Position numbers and translations under genes: made by a program. From Candidatus Woesebacteria bacterium GW2011_GWB1_39_12 (GTDB lineage: Bacteria > Patescibacteriota > Microgenomatia > UBA8517): 53,735 nucleotides of DNA. The notes under the pieces are model-generated. The model saw nothing but the letters and a program-made list of their open reading frames with translations, was not told the DNA's origin and made no database searches. This document shows, in pieces, positions 10,895-21,000 of this stretch. The stretch's first letter is position 1; each line of letters opens with the position of its first letter. The stretch spans positions 1-53,735 of the forward strand of contig LBWB01000003.1 in the NCBI GenBank assembly GCA_000993405.1. The letters are read 5' to 3'.

Positions 10895-11617
10895 TTGAGT
10901 GAAACACAAATCGAAAAAGTAAGCAGACAATGTTTCGGAACTATCGTGACTAGTCGGCTGTACACTAGGGAACGGTTCGTCGTGGAATCTGTGAAGCTCG
11001 GTTGCAACCGTAGTATTCCTGCGGATGTTTTGAGCAAAATCAAATGGGCTGAACCCGTTGTGGTTGCGGATTGGCAGAGCCAAGAAACAGAACTTTACGG
11101 GAATCATCGACGCTATGTTAAACCCAAAGACATATTGGCACGTATGGATGAAACGAAACATTGTGAAGTTTATGCGCCTAAAGGGTGCTTGATTCCATTT
11201 GGATATTTCACTGTTGACGCGGTTGTTCCTCATGGATTTACAGATGATGCGCGAGAGCGATTCAATAAAACTCTGGACATTGTGCAATTCATAGATGATA
11301 CACCAACTCGTGTGGTGAGGGCTTGCGGCTCATATTTGATGTCCGGCGGTTGCGTGGTTCGAGACACCATAGAGCAAATCGTTGACAAAGCGGAGAATAT
11401 TGCGAAGCTACACAGTCAAAAATTGAAATGGTTCGTGTCCGGTCGGTTTCACGAGATTAACACTACTCCGGTTGAAGGCGTAAAATATGGTAGGGGCTTC
11501 TATAAGCTGTCGTTAACAATCCCGAAGGAAATTGATGGAACAATTCAAACGGTTAGATTTCTAGGAGAGTACAGTAAGCGGAAGTATACGAGCGAGAAAC
11601 TTGACGATGTGATGTGA
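10895..11617 (+). CDS. hypothetical protein
   Basis: Long ORF; probable TTG start in AAACTTTG (track start 10868). Confidence 0.65.
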   Translation: MSETQIEKVSRQCFGTIVTSRLYTRERFVVESVKLGCNRSIPADVLSKIKWAEPVVVADWQSQETELYGNHRRYVKPKDILARMDETKHCEVYAPKGCLIPFGYFTVDAVVPHGFTDDARERFNKTLDIVQFIDDTPTRVVRACGSYLMSGGCVVRDTIEQIVDKAENIAKLHSQKLKWFVSGRFHEINTTPVEGVKYGRGFYKLSLTIPKEIDGTIQTVRFLGEYSKRKYTSEKLDDVM

Positions 11618-12661
11618 AGTATGACTAAGGGAACTGAAATGCAAGCGTTCGCTCAGGGGTTACATGGAAATCGCTTGATTCTCCATGGTCTATCAAGATT
11701 TGACGTTAAATGCGATGACCCGAAGCCTCACACTAGACGGTACGAAAAGATAGCAGGGCTTGGATGGATTTGCTCGGATACCCCCAATAAGATTTGGGAT
11801 GAGGATAGCGTTAAGCTCGCTTGGTACATGGCTGACGTTGGAAAAGGTTTACTCTCAGAAATTCGCACTAAAGCAGGTAAGAAAGCAATTGGTCGCGGAT
11901 AGTAAATGAGGATACTCTGCCGCTGTTGTTGGTCATGGAAGCGAGTTAAGCGGAGAAGTGAAGAAGCACAAACTCTACTCTGCACAGGCTGTTTACGGAC
12001 GCGGAAACGGAACATTCAACAACGAAACATATTACGTAAGAAATTACGGGGGCGAAGAAAATGATTATGAGTAAAGAGGAAGCGGATGCGTGGCATGAAA
12101 TTCTCAAAGCCCAAGTATTCCTGCATAAACATTTCAAACATCATAAATCGGCTTACGCGAGCGATATTGCTAATGCCCTACAAATCCCGTATGAGCGCGC
12201 ACGAGCCATAACTGATTTTCTTGTCAAATACAAATTCCTATCAACGGTCAAGAAAACAGTCCGTAAGAAACTTCGTAAGAGAACTTTACGGTAGAATGGT
12301 GGGGTTTGCAGAGGCTCATACCGGCGACGGATGAGAGGCATGTTTTGGGGTTTGCAAATCCCTTTTCTAGCCTTCCTACCTCTGCCCTCAAAACCATACG
12401 AAAGAGATGAGAACTTTGATTGAGATTGAAGTTAAAGAACTCGACCACCCTGATAAGAAGCTCCGTCTTTCAAAGCTCATCATCGAGTACGATTGTGACG
12501 GCATCGCCTTCAGAGGTGAAGCGGCTGATGGTTCAACGGTTTTTGTTCAAGCACGAAGCGACCGAGCCGCATCACATGATAATCCTGAGCCATTCCGCGT
12601 AGTTGGAGAAATCCGAAATCCAAACGGGAAAGTCATTGTGAGAACAAGATAATGGGAAACT

Positions 12662-13504
12662 TTGAAAGTGAGAGTGTTGCGGATAATTCCTGTTTTCGTA
12701 GTGGCCCTGTTTATGTTGGGTGGTTTACCTCTAGGCGGGGCTCAGCCGAATCAACTAGATAAGGGAATAATGATTGACGGCGATGTGTTACTAGGCAATC
12801 TTCCCAGACCCAGCTTCACGGAACTTTCAGCGAACAGGTTCACGTTAGTCGGGTTGGGTGTGTTAAACTACTACAATGAAAGTCAACTAGAGAAATTTGT
12901 TCCACTCATTCAGGAACTTCATGATATGGATATGCGGGTGTTTACGATGCTTTACTCCAACTACACGACAACTCTGAAGTATGCTGAGTTAGCCGCTCAA
13001 TTGGGATTTGACGTGATAGAGATTGATGAGCCGTTCGCGCATTCGTTTACTGAAAACCAGATTGTTAGCGTGGTAGAGAACGTCACTGCAATGTACCCAC
13101 AGGTACGTTTCATTATTACGGATTGGTCGCTGCCACACCTGATAACACTTTACGCGTTAACCGCAGAAATGCGAAATGTGGATATTGCAGTAGACAACTA
13201 TGACAGTTTACAATACGTTCAATGGAACAGTGACCTAGCCCGCAAATATGGCAAGCAACCGTACACGTGGCTCATGTTCATAGGGAACCGACACTCATCA
13301 CGGAACTTACAGGCATGGTTGAATGCGACACAAGCCACGAACTCAAACCTCTTACTATTCCTAATCGACGCCGCTCAGAAATGGCAAAGCCAATGGTCCC
13401 TCCTAAGCCCCGCTACCCCAATCCCAGAAATCCCGACTAGCATAATTCCAATAACCGTGATGGCACTCCTACTAACATTAGTGGTTAGAAAGAAGGACTC
13501 TTGA
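12662..13504 (+). CDS. secreted/surface protein, possible glycoside-hydrolase-like barrel, with PEF-CTERM-like anchor
   Basis: Signal peptide; GFDVIEIDEP; C-terminal PIPEIP + hydrophobic helix + RKK. Confidence 0.6.
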   Translation: MKVRVLRIIPVFVVALFMLGGLPLGGAQPNQLDKGIMIDGDVLLGNLPRPSFTELSANRFTLVGLGVLNYYNESQLEKFVPLIQELHDMDMRVFTMLYSNYTTTLKYAELAAQLGFDVIEIDEPFAHSFTENQIVSVVENVTAMYPQVRFIITDWSLPHLITLYALTAEMRNVDIAVDNYDSLQYVQWNSDLARKYGKQPYTWLMFIGNRHSSRNLQAWLNATQATNSNLLLFLIDAAQKWQSQWSLLSPATPIPEIPTSIIPITVMALLLTLVVRKKDS

Positions 13505-14615
13505 ATGAGACTGCGAAGGAACTTTCTGGTTGGGCTGGCAACCCTATTCCGGGCGTTGCACATTATTACGAAGAACGATTACGAGAACTTTCGACTCAAT
13601 TTGGCGTTGGCTGAAGCCGCACGGAAACACAACCTGAAAATGGTAAGCGTACCTCTAGATGGAGAATAAGAGAACTTTGCCGACTAAATCCTGCAATGAA
13701 TGTAACATTGGATTTGATTCTGAACCGTGGAAATGCGTCTATCATCAACGCCTAAACTTCTGCTCTGAGAATTGTCTACATGTGCATGAAGCAAGGAACA
13801 ACTGTAAGGCACGTTTAGTACCATGAACCAAGGAGAGAGAACTTTGAGTCGAAAGCCTACGGAAGAACAGTTAGAGCGTTGGGCTAAGATGGATAAACAC
13901 ATTGCGCATAGGAACAAAATATTGAATCTTGCGGCCCTTATCTTCGCCCTGTTAGCCCTCGTCATTTCAACATACGCCCTATTTCATCCGTGAAGAGTGT
14001 GAGAACTTTGGGTAACACGACAATTTGGGATTGGTGGCCGCTGAATCAAATTCTAGCACTTGTTCTATCTGTAGGGCTTGAGACAGGTTTCTTCGAACCG
14101 TTGAATGTATGCTCGATGCTAATGGTTAGGGTTGATGCTGCCTGCTGGTTAGATGTAGGCTTTTTGAACTGGGGGTTTCGCATAATCTTTTGGCTTATCG
14201 GTTTTCTGCTCTTGTGGATTCCGGTTTCAATCCTGCTTTGCATGTTGCCTGTGGATTATCAGCAACTTTACAGAAAGAAAAAGCCGAGTGAGAACTTTGA
14301 GGAATCTTGCTTCACCTGTTAACCGTGTTATCGGTATGGGGTTACTGTTCTTCGCGGGTTGGGATAGCAAAGTGTACCTGTACCCGAGCTTGGTTCCCCT
14401 CGCGCTGGTGCCAATAGGATTCTACATGTTCGCCGGAGCATGGCTAATCTTAAGAAAGTGAGGTGAAAGAACGTTGGATGATATAACACAGACCATAATT
14501 CAATGCTGCCTTCCTTCCATAACAATTACGCTTTGGATAATCATGTTAATTCTAATGATAAAGTGAAAAAATTTCCCTAAAAAATAGGGAGGGAGAGTTG
14601 AAGCCCTAGAACCGT

Positions 14616-14801
14616 TTATACCACGGGTTCGTCCCGTTTTCCGCGTACGCGCTCCCTAAGACCCTTCACGCGGCTTGCGGCTTTGCTGCCCCCGTTCCGC
14701 ACGGTTTCCCTCGCCTTCGGGTTCGTTGCCAGCACCGCGCCGACCGCACCAACAATAATACCCGCTAGAACGCTGAGTCCTGTCTTCAGGTTACCATTCA
14801 A
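14616..14801 (-). CDS. small membrane-anchored basic protein
   Basis: N-terminal TM helix, basic tail, GAGGTGA RBS on the minus strand. Confidence 0.65.
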   Translation of the reverse strand: MNGNLKTGLSVLAGIIVGAVGAVLATNPKARETVRNGGSKAASRVKGLRERVRGKRDEPVV

Positions 14802-15306
14802 TTTTCACACTCACCTCACATTAATTGATATGTGAACCACCAAATAGCCACCCCTATTTATATGCAATTCATGAAACCGATATATGGCGAAAACCGACTA
14901 TTAATTGAAATTATGGTGATGTATGAAATGAAATCGACCATTGAAAAATGGATAGGTGAGAATTTTTATGAATAAATTCTACTATGGACTAATCCTAATT
15001 GGGCTCACGGCTTTCGCAGCTTTTACTTATCTTCCATCATTACATGGTAGCGGGAACGCATTAGTTTTCGATAAACAAACACTCAGATTCTATGTCCAAC
15101 CATATTCATACTCGGAATCAATAACCCACCGATTAATCGGGGGCGGGTATTGTAGTATACATTGGGGGGTGAGACATAATCTAACTGGCCTAGCAGACAT
15201 GTACCTATACCCTAATGGGCCGTCAACCGCTTTCCCAACTCCAACAGATAATATAACCGCTTTCCCCCAGTCACTCATCAATAATTGTGATAGCAATGCC
15301 ACGTAG

Positions 15307-15750
15307 CCCGTTAATGCCACCAACGGAACTTAAACTCGGAACCGAAAACCGCAGCAAACGGAACTTTACAGGCACCAAACACCCCTTAACCCTGAACGAA
15401 ACTAGTCACACAAACACCACCTAAAACGCGCTCATTCCTCACCGCGCTAGATGTTACTCCATCTCAATCCACAACCCTCCAATTTTCAGAAATCCTGCCG
15501 CGCGCACACATAAACCATGCAACTAATACGAGGGTGTAATGGCGCGGATGGATACTATACGTTAATACGTTAACATAGTTATCCGGTCATATGTTAGATT
15601 TCTTTTATTGCATGGAGATTGTGTGATTGATGAGTCGAAAGGCTTTTATTGCATAACACAGAGTCATGCAAGATGAAAGTATTCCATATGGTTTAGTAAG
15701 CGTTATATAGCGTGATATTGCATCATTGATGATGTTAAGTTGATGCGTCA
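15307..15750. other. candidate replication origin / control region
   Basis: Non-coding, directly upstream of cdc6; CTTTTATTGCAT at 15602 and 15643, TATTGCAT at 15716, tandem TACGTTAA. Confidence 0.45.
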
Positions 15751-16878
15751 TTGCCGTCCACCATTCAAATTAATTCAGATGTTTTCGACGAAACCTACAT
15801 TCCCCCAGACCCCATTGTTCAACGAAAAGAACTCAGCCAAGTTGAGGAACTTTTAGAGCAAGACCGTCACGTCTACCTATTCGCTAAACCCGGCACAGGA
15901 AAAACATTTCTAGCTAAACAAATTATGGCAAAAAACCCAAACCATGTCTACATTCAATTTCTCAATTCGGTTCCAGAATCATTATCTAATTTCCTCAGCG
16001 TTACAAGTCCATTCGTAGCCACTCGAACAAACATCCTCATGGGGATGCTGGAAAAGAGACTTCGTGATAAGTCAATGCACCAGCCAATTCTAATCGTTCT
16101 TGACGACCTACAAGAATTACGGCGCGCAAAGGACTTCTACACTTTTATCGGCAATTTGTTTAGAAGACTAACGGCAAAGCCGAGCTTAGGACTACCGAAA
16201 ATTAAAAACCGCATACTCATGATTTCTCAAGAACCATACGTGAAAATGTCAGGTGAAGTTGGTAACGGGTTCGCCTCAAAAGCAGGGTCAGAGTCCAGAG
16301 GGCAATTCGCTCATGAATCCCTAATACCATACGACCAAGAACAAATCAAAAAGATTCTCACAGAGCGGCTCAAACTAGCCTTTCCGAAAGGGGTGAAAAT
16401 AGATTATGAAGAGGGCGCGTTAAACTTCTTCACGTTAGAAACACTTCGCCATGATTCTGATATGCGTCTGGCACTTAGATTATTGCGGCTTTGGTTGCAA
16501 AGCGGACATTTGACTAGTGAGAACGCGCGAGAGAGTTGGACGATTGAAAAGAAAGATTACTGGGCACATTACATTCGCGCACTTCACCGGCATCAAGCCG
16601 CCCTCGCACATCTTATCTGCCAACAAGAGCGGCCAATCACAATGCCGAAACTCGACGACCTATACGCAACGTTCTGCAAACAGCATGGTTGCGCGAGATT
16701 AGATTACACGCAGGTCACAAGGCTTCTTAGAGAACTGAAAGACCCAATCGGACTCATTGACATGGTTGAACTGAAACAGCGAGGGCGGCCATACGCAGTT
16801 TCCCTGAGAGCAAGCGTAACGCGTGAAAATGTGATTGAAGCAACAAGCGCAATCGATTGGGACAACTACTTAGAATGA
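15751..16878 (+). CDS. cdc6: Cdc6/Orc1-like AAA+ replication initiator
   Basis: VFDETYIP..R, Walker A KPGTGKT, Walker B LIVLDD, PYxxEQIKKILTER, DMRxAL, C-terminal winged helix. Confidence 0.85.
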   Translation: MPSTIQINSDVFDETYIPPDPIVQRKELSQVEELLEQDRHVYLFAKPGTGKTFLAKQIMAKNPNHVYIQFLNSVPESLSNFLSVTSPFVATRTNILMGMLEKRLRDKSMHQPILIVLDDLQELRRAKDFYTFIGNLFRRLTAKPSLGLPKIKNRILMISQEPYVKMSGEVGNGFASKAGSESRGQFAHESLIPYDQEQIKKILTERLKLAFPKGVKIDYEEGALNFFTLETLRHDSDMRLALRLLRLWLQSGHLTSENARESWTIEKKDYWAHYIRALHRHQAALAHLICQQERPITMPKLDDLYATFCKQHGCARLDYTQVTRLLRELKDPIGLIDMVELKQRGRPYAVSLRASVTRENVIEATSAIDWDNYLE

Positions 16879-16919
16879 ACGATTTGTTGCATGATGATTG
16901 TGTGAGAGGCAAGGAACTT

Positions 16920-17462
16920 ATGAGCGGGAACAAGAAAGATGAACAGCTAGCCGGAAGAAAGCAGTTGCTAACTCTTAATCAGACTCCAATCGAAATCTTT
17001 GAAAGGCTGTTAGACGATCTCAAACAACTGCATTATGATGCTGCGCAACTTCATTTGAAACTATCTTCCACCGAAGAATATTATGACTCATCCGGCACTA
17101 AACTTGGTGACCGCTTCTTACACACTGAGATGGCGAACCTACATAGAGAAATCATTCACCTCCAAGACCAAGACCGAGCGAACGAAGAAGGCAAGCAGTC
17201 AGACGTTAAACTTGACATTGACGTAATCATGACCGGGAAACCAGTCAGTATGCGCGATAAAATTGATGCGGCTTTTGAAATGTTAGATGAATTAGCGAAA
17301 CCTACTGGGATGGTTGAAGAAACCGCCCTATGCCAAGCCCTTGTACATAACAACGGCATGATGTATGAGGAAGCACACCATATCGTTGAAATTCTGATTA
17401 AGAACGGGGTCATCTGGTCCCCAAAAGAACATTGGGTTCAACGGTTGAATCCGAAGAAGTGA
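16920..17462 (+). CDS. protein with stand-alone MCM C-terminal winged-helix domain
   Basis: KLDIDVIMTGKPVSMRDKID...LIKNGVIWSP aligns with MCM KMDIDVIMSGTPQSLREKID...LIKNGKLYEP; alternative start 16875. Confidence 0.8.
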   Translation: MSGNKKDEQLAGRKQLLTLNQTPIEIFERLLDDLKQLHYDAAQLHLKLSSTEEYYDSSGTKLGDRFLHTEMANLHREIIHLQDQDRANEEGKQSDVKLDIDVIMTGKPVSMRDKIDAAFEMLDELAKPTGMVEETALCQALVHNNGMMYEEAHHIVEILIKNGVIWSPKEHWVQRLNPKK

Positions 17463-17833
17463 AGCTCTTGCAACGCAACCCGAACATTGAGTGTTCAAAC
17501 TGGGGTGCTCGACAATCTAAATGGGCTTCACAAACAATTATGTCTCATAAGCACTCAGGTTTCACTGTTAACATTAAGCAATTTGAGCTCGCGGAATTAG
17601 CGATGAGGACAACTGATTGCGGTATTTGCGGACGAACGTTGAACTGGTATAATCGCGGAAGCGGAGCGAAAGTAGACAGCCCAACATTAGATAGAACTAA
17701 CAACGAGAAAATCATGACGATGGAGAACACTAAAATCGTTTGTCGATTCTGCAACACATCTAAAGGGCACCTTTCACACGCAGATTTTCTTTCATACTGC
17801 ACGTTAATCGCTAAGCGCATGGGAGCCTCTTAG
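17459..17833 (+). CDS. HNH / His-Me finger endonuclease
   Basis: CGICG...SPTLDR..N...N.KIVCRFCNTSKG. Confidence 0.75.
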   Translation: MKLLQRNPNIECSNWGARQSKWASQTIMSHKHSGFTVNIKQFELAELAMRTTDCGICGRTLNWYNRGSGAKVDSPTLDRTNNEKIMTMENTKIVCRFCNTSKGHLSHADFLSYCTLIAKRMGAS

Positions 17834-18088
17834 CCGTGTGCAAAGATTGTGTTGGAGTGGTGAAACGTTTCGAGGGTGGCCGATTAATTATTGAGAAGCG
17901 GGTTTGCTTGTGTGAATGCCTGATTCTCTACTCTAACAACCAATGTGAGAAATGCTTGTGTACAGTTAAGGTTGAGGAGGAGAACGAGAACTGGGAGGGA
18001 CTATTCAGGGACCGTGCCGGTAACCCCGTACCCTTCGAACATGTGTGGACCGGGCAAGGCCAGCTACAGGAATAGTTGAGGATTACGA

Positions 18089-21000
18089 TTGGCTGAGCAA
18101 GTAGCGGAACGTGAACCTCGTATTGATGAGCAGCTTCAACAGTTTCTACGCGACTTCAAAGATGAGAACGGCAAAGATAAGTACCGACTCCGACTATCCC
18201 AATTGGGCAATGCGGGCGGCACGGCACTCCTGATTGATTTCGATGATTTAATCGCGCACACCCCCAACATTGCCCGCCAACTCCTCGACAACCCCAACGC
18301 AATCCTACGCGACCTTGAGCTGGCAGCGTACGCGCAACTGAAAATGGAAGACCCCGAATACGCCGAACAAGCCAAAACTCTGAAGCTTCACTTCCGCAAG
18401 CTGCCATCCCACGAGTTCATCCGTAAACTTGGCGCGGCGCAAATCGGGCACCTAACCGCCGTAGACGGCATAATCGTACGGTCAACCGAAGTACACCCCC
18501 TACTTACGAAAGGGAAGTTTCAATGCCGCAAATGCAATGCCACCATTGATGTTGAACAGAACTTCAACCGTCCCTTCATGCGCGGTCCCGGTATCTGCGC
18601 TCACTGCCGCTCCAAAATTTTTGAATTTGTAGAAAAAGAATCCTCATATCTTAACAGCCAACAGCTTCGCATTCAGGAACGCCCAGAAGACCTACCCCCC
18701 GGCCAACTTCCACAAACTATCAATGTTCGTGTGATTGAGGATTTAGTGAACACGGCTCGTCCCGGTGACCGTGTAACCGTCACAGCAATCGTGAAAGCCC
18801 AACAGAATTATATGGGAAGAAAAGTCGCGTTAACAACCTTCCAACTTGAACTGGAAGCAAACTACATTGAGGTCGTCGGCAAAGAAGTAGACGTAGTTGA
18901 ACTCACACCAGAAGATGAACACAAAATCGTGGAATTATCCAAAGACCCGTTTATACACAGAAAACTCATCGCTTCTCTCGCTCCAAGCATTTACGGTTAC
19001 GGCGACATCAAAGAGGGGATACTCTACTTAATCGCCGGAGGTGTAGCGAAACAGTTACCGGACGGAATGAAGCTTAGGGGTGACCCGAACATACTTTTAA
19101 TTGGTGAACCCGCGGTTGCAAAATCACAACTACTTCAATATGTTGCGCGAGTGGCACCACGAGGACTCTATACGAGTGGTCGCGGAACTAGTGCTGCCGG
19201 TCTGACCGCAGCCGTACTTAAGGATAAAGCTGGGGGTATGGTCCTTGAAGCTGGGGCTTTGGTTCTCGCGGATAAAGGAGTCGCGTGTGTGGATGAAGTT
19301 GATAAAATGCGCCCCGAGGACAGAGTAGCAATGCATGAAACACTAGAGCAACACACCGTATGTTACGATGACCAAACAGAACTTCTCACGGCTCAGGGAT
19401 GGAAATTTTTCAAAGATGTTACTACTCGCGACACTGTTGCAACTTTAACCTCCAAGGGTCAACTGAAATATCAATCTCCAACACGTGTTTTCACCTGTAA
19501 ATATCAAGGAGACATGGTGGCAATCTCTAATTCACATAAAGTGAATTTGTTAGTTACCCCACAACATAAAATATACGCCTCACAATACCGGTCAGGAAAC
19601 ACATGGCTTCCATTCTCATTAGTGGCCGCGCGAGAATTAGTTAACAAGCGGTTTAAAATTAAAAGAAGCGCAAACTGGCACGGAAAAGAGAAAAAATATT
19701 TCATTCTACCTCAATATTCGAATAGGTATGAAACTCGCCCAGCAATTAAAATCGAGATGGGCCTTTTCCTTGAATTCTTAGGATACTGGCTTTCAGAAGG
19801 AAGTGCAGACAATTATCGGATAATGATTACCCAGAAAGAAGGAAAGAAACATCAGCTCATAGAAAAATGCCTTGCCCAATTACCATTTAGATATAAATTT
19901 GAACACTTCAAAAACAGCGACTCCGGTAACTTCATGATTCATAATGTTCAATTGGCTTGTTACTTTAAACCATTGAGCAATGGAGCGGCAACAAAATTCG
20001 TTCCGAACATGTTTAAACAATTGTCAACGCGGCAACTCACAATTCTTTTGGAAGCACTAATGGTTGGTGATGGCGGAACACGACAGCACACTAATGGCTC
20101 TATACAAAGAACATATTACACCACCTCACCGAAACTTGCTGATGATGTGCAAGAAATTTTATTGAAAACAGGGATTTCAGGGAACATCCGGAACCACCAC
20201 ACCAAAGGTAAAATGGGGGCTTTCGGTAAAGCTAACTATGATGAATTAGACGTATCTTTCGTTTTCAAGAATACCCCACAAGTGGGATATCATGCAAGTC
20301 ATGGAAGTAAATCGGGCACTCTAAAAATAATGCATGGGTATGATGGGGATGTTTACTGCGTAGAAGTTCCAAATCACATTCTCTATGTTAGACGGCATGG
20401 TGTTCCCGTTTGGAGTGGGAACTCAATAGCTAAAGCAGGAATTGTTGCAACGTTGAACGCGCGTGCCGCGGTGCTTGCGGCAGCTAACCCAGCATTCGGA
20501 CGATACGACCCGTACAAGAACATCGTTGATAACATTAACATGCCCATAACGCTCCTGTCAAGGTTTGATTTAATTTTCATAATGAAAGACACCCCAAACG
20601 CGGAAGCGGATGGACGGTTAGCGCGGCATATCCTCACCTTACATAGGACAAGGGATACGCCAGAGAAAATTCCGATTACGCCAGAGATGTTCCGTAAGTA
20701 TTTATCGTACGCGAAACGGGTTGTGCCAGTTCTTGGTCAAGAAGCAGAGGATGCTTTGTGGGCATATTACATGAAAATGCGTTCAACTACAGGCTCGGAA
20801 GCCCCGATAGCGATAACGGCTCGGCAACTTGAATCCTTAGTTAGACTTTGCGAAGCCCGCGCTCGGTTGTTCCTACGTGACACCGTAACCTTAGAGGACG
20901 CAAACGCAATCACACGTCTCGTCACACTATCCATGCAAGAAGTCGGCGTAGACGTAACCACAGGAAAAATGGACATAGACGTAATCATGAGCGGGACTCC

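Larger units (their letters stand above)
1877..14299 (+). repeat. dispersed start-associated motif (G)AGAACTTTG, >30 copies or close variants
   Basis: Copies end in the TTG/ATG start of consecutive ORFs, e.g. starts 1884, 2845, 4528, 4791, 5061, 6036, 6508, 6657, 6872, 8807, 9437, 9901, 10173, 10543, 12416, 13844, 14008, 14297. Confidence 0.95.

Noticed and set aside
1877-14299. Motif array as a CRISPR array or classical integron attC array
   Set aside because: The repeat is only ~10 bp, spacing is irregular and spacers are ORFs; no attC-like palindromes, cas genes or integrase in the window.
15628-15650. Third hammerhead (TTGATGAGTCGAAAGGC)
   Set aside because: No GAAA after the hairpin and no stems I or III.
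15721-15734. CATCATTGATGATG as another copy of the palindromic operator
   Set aside because: Half-site spacing differs from the other copies, so it was not counted.
18136-20988. Minus-strand ORFs opposite mcm, and similar shadows elsewhere
   Set aside because: Antisense shadows of well-supported + strand genes with no recognisable motifs.
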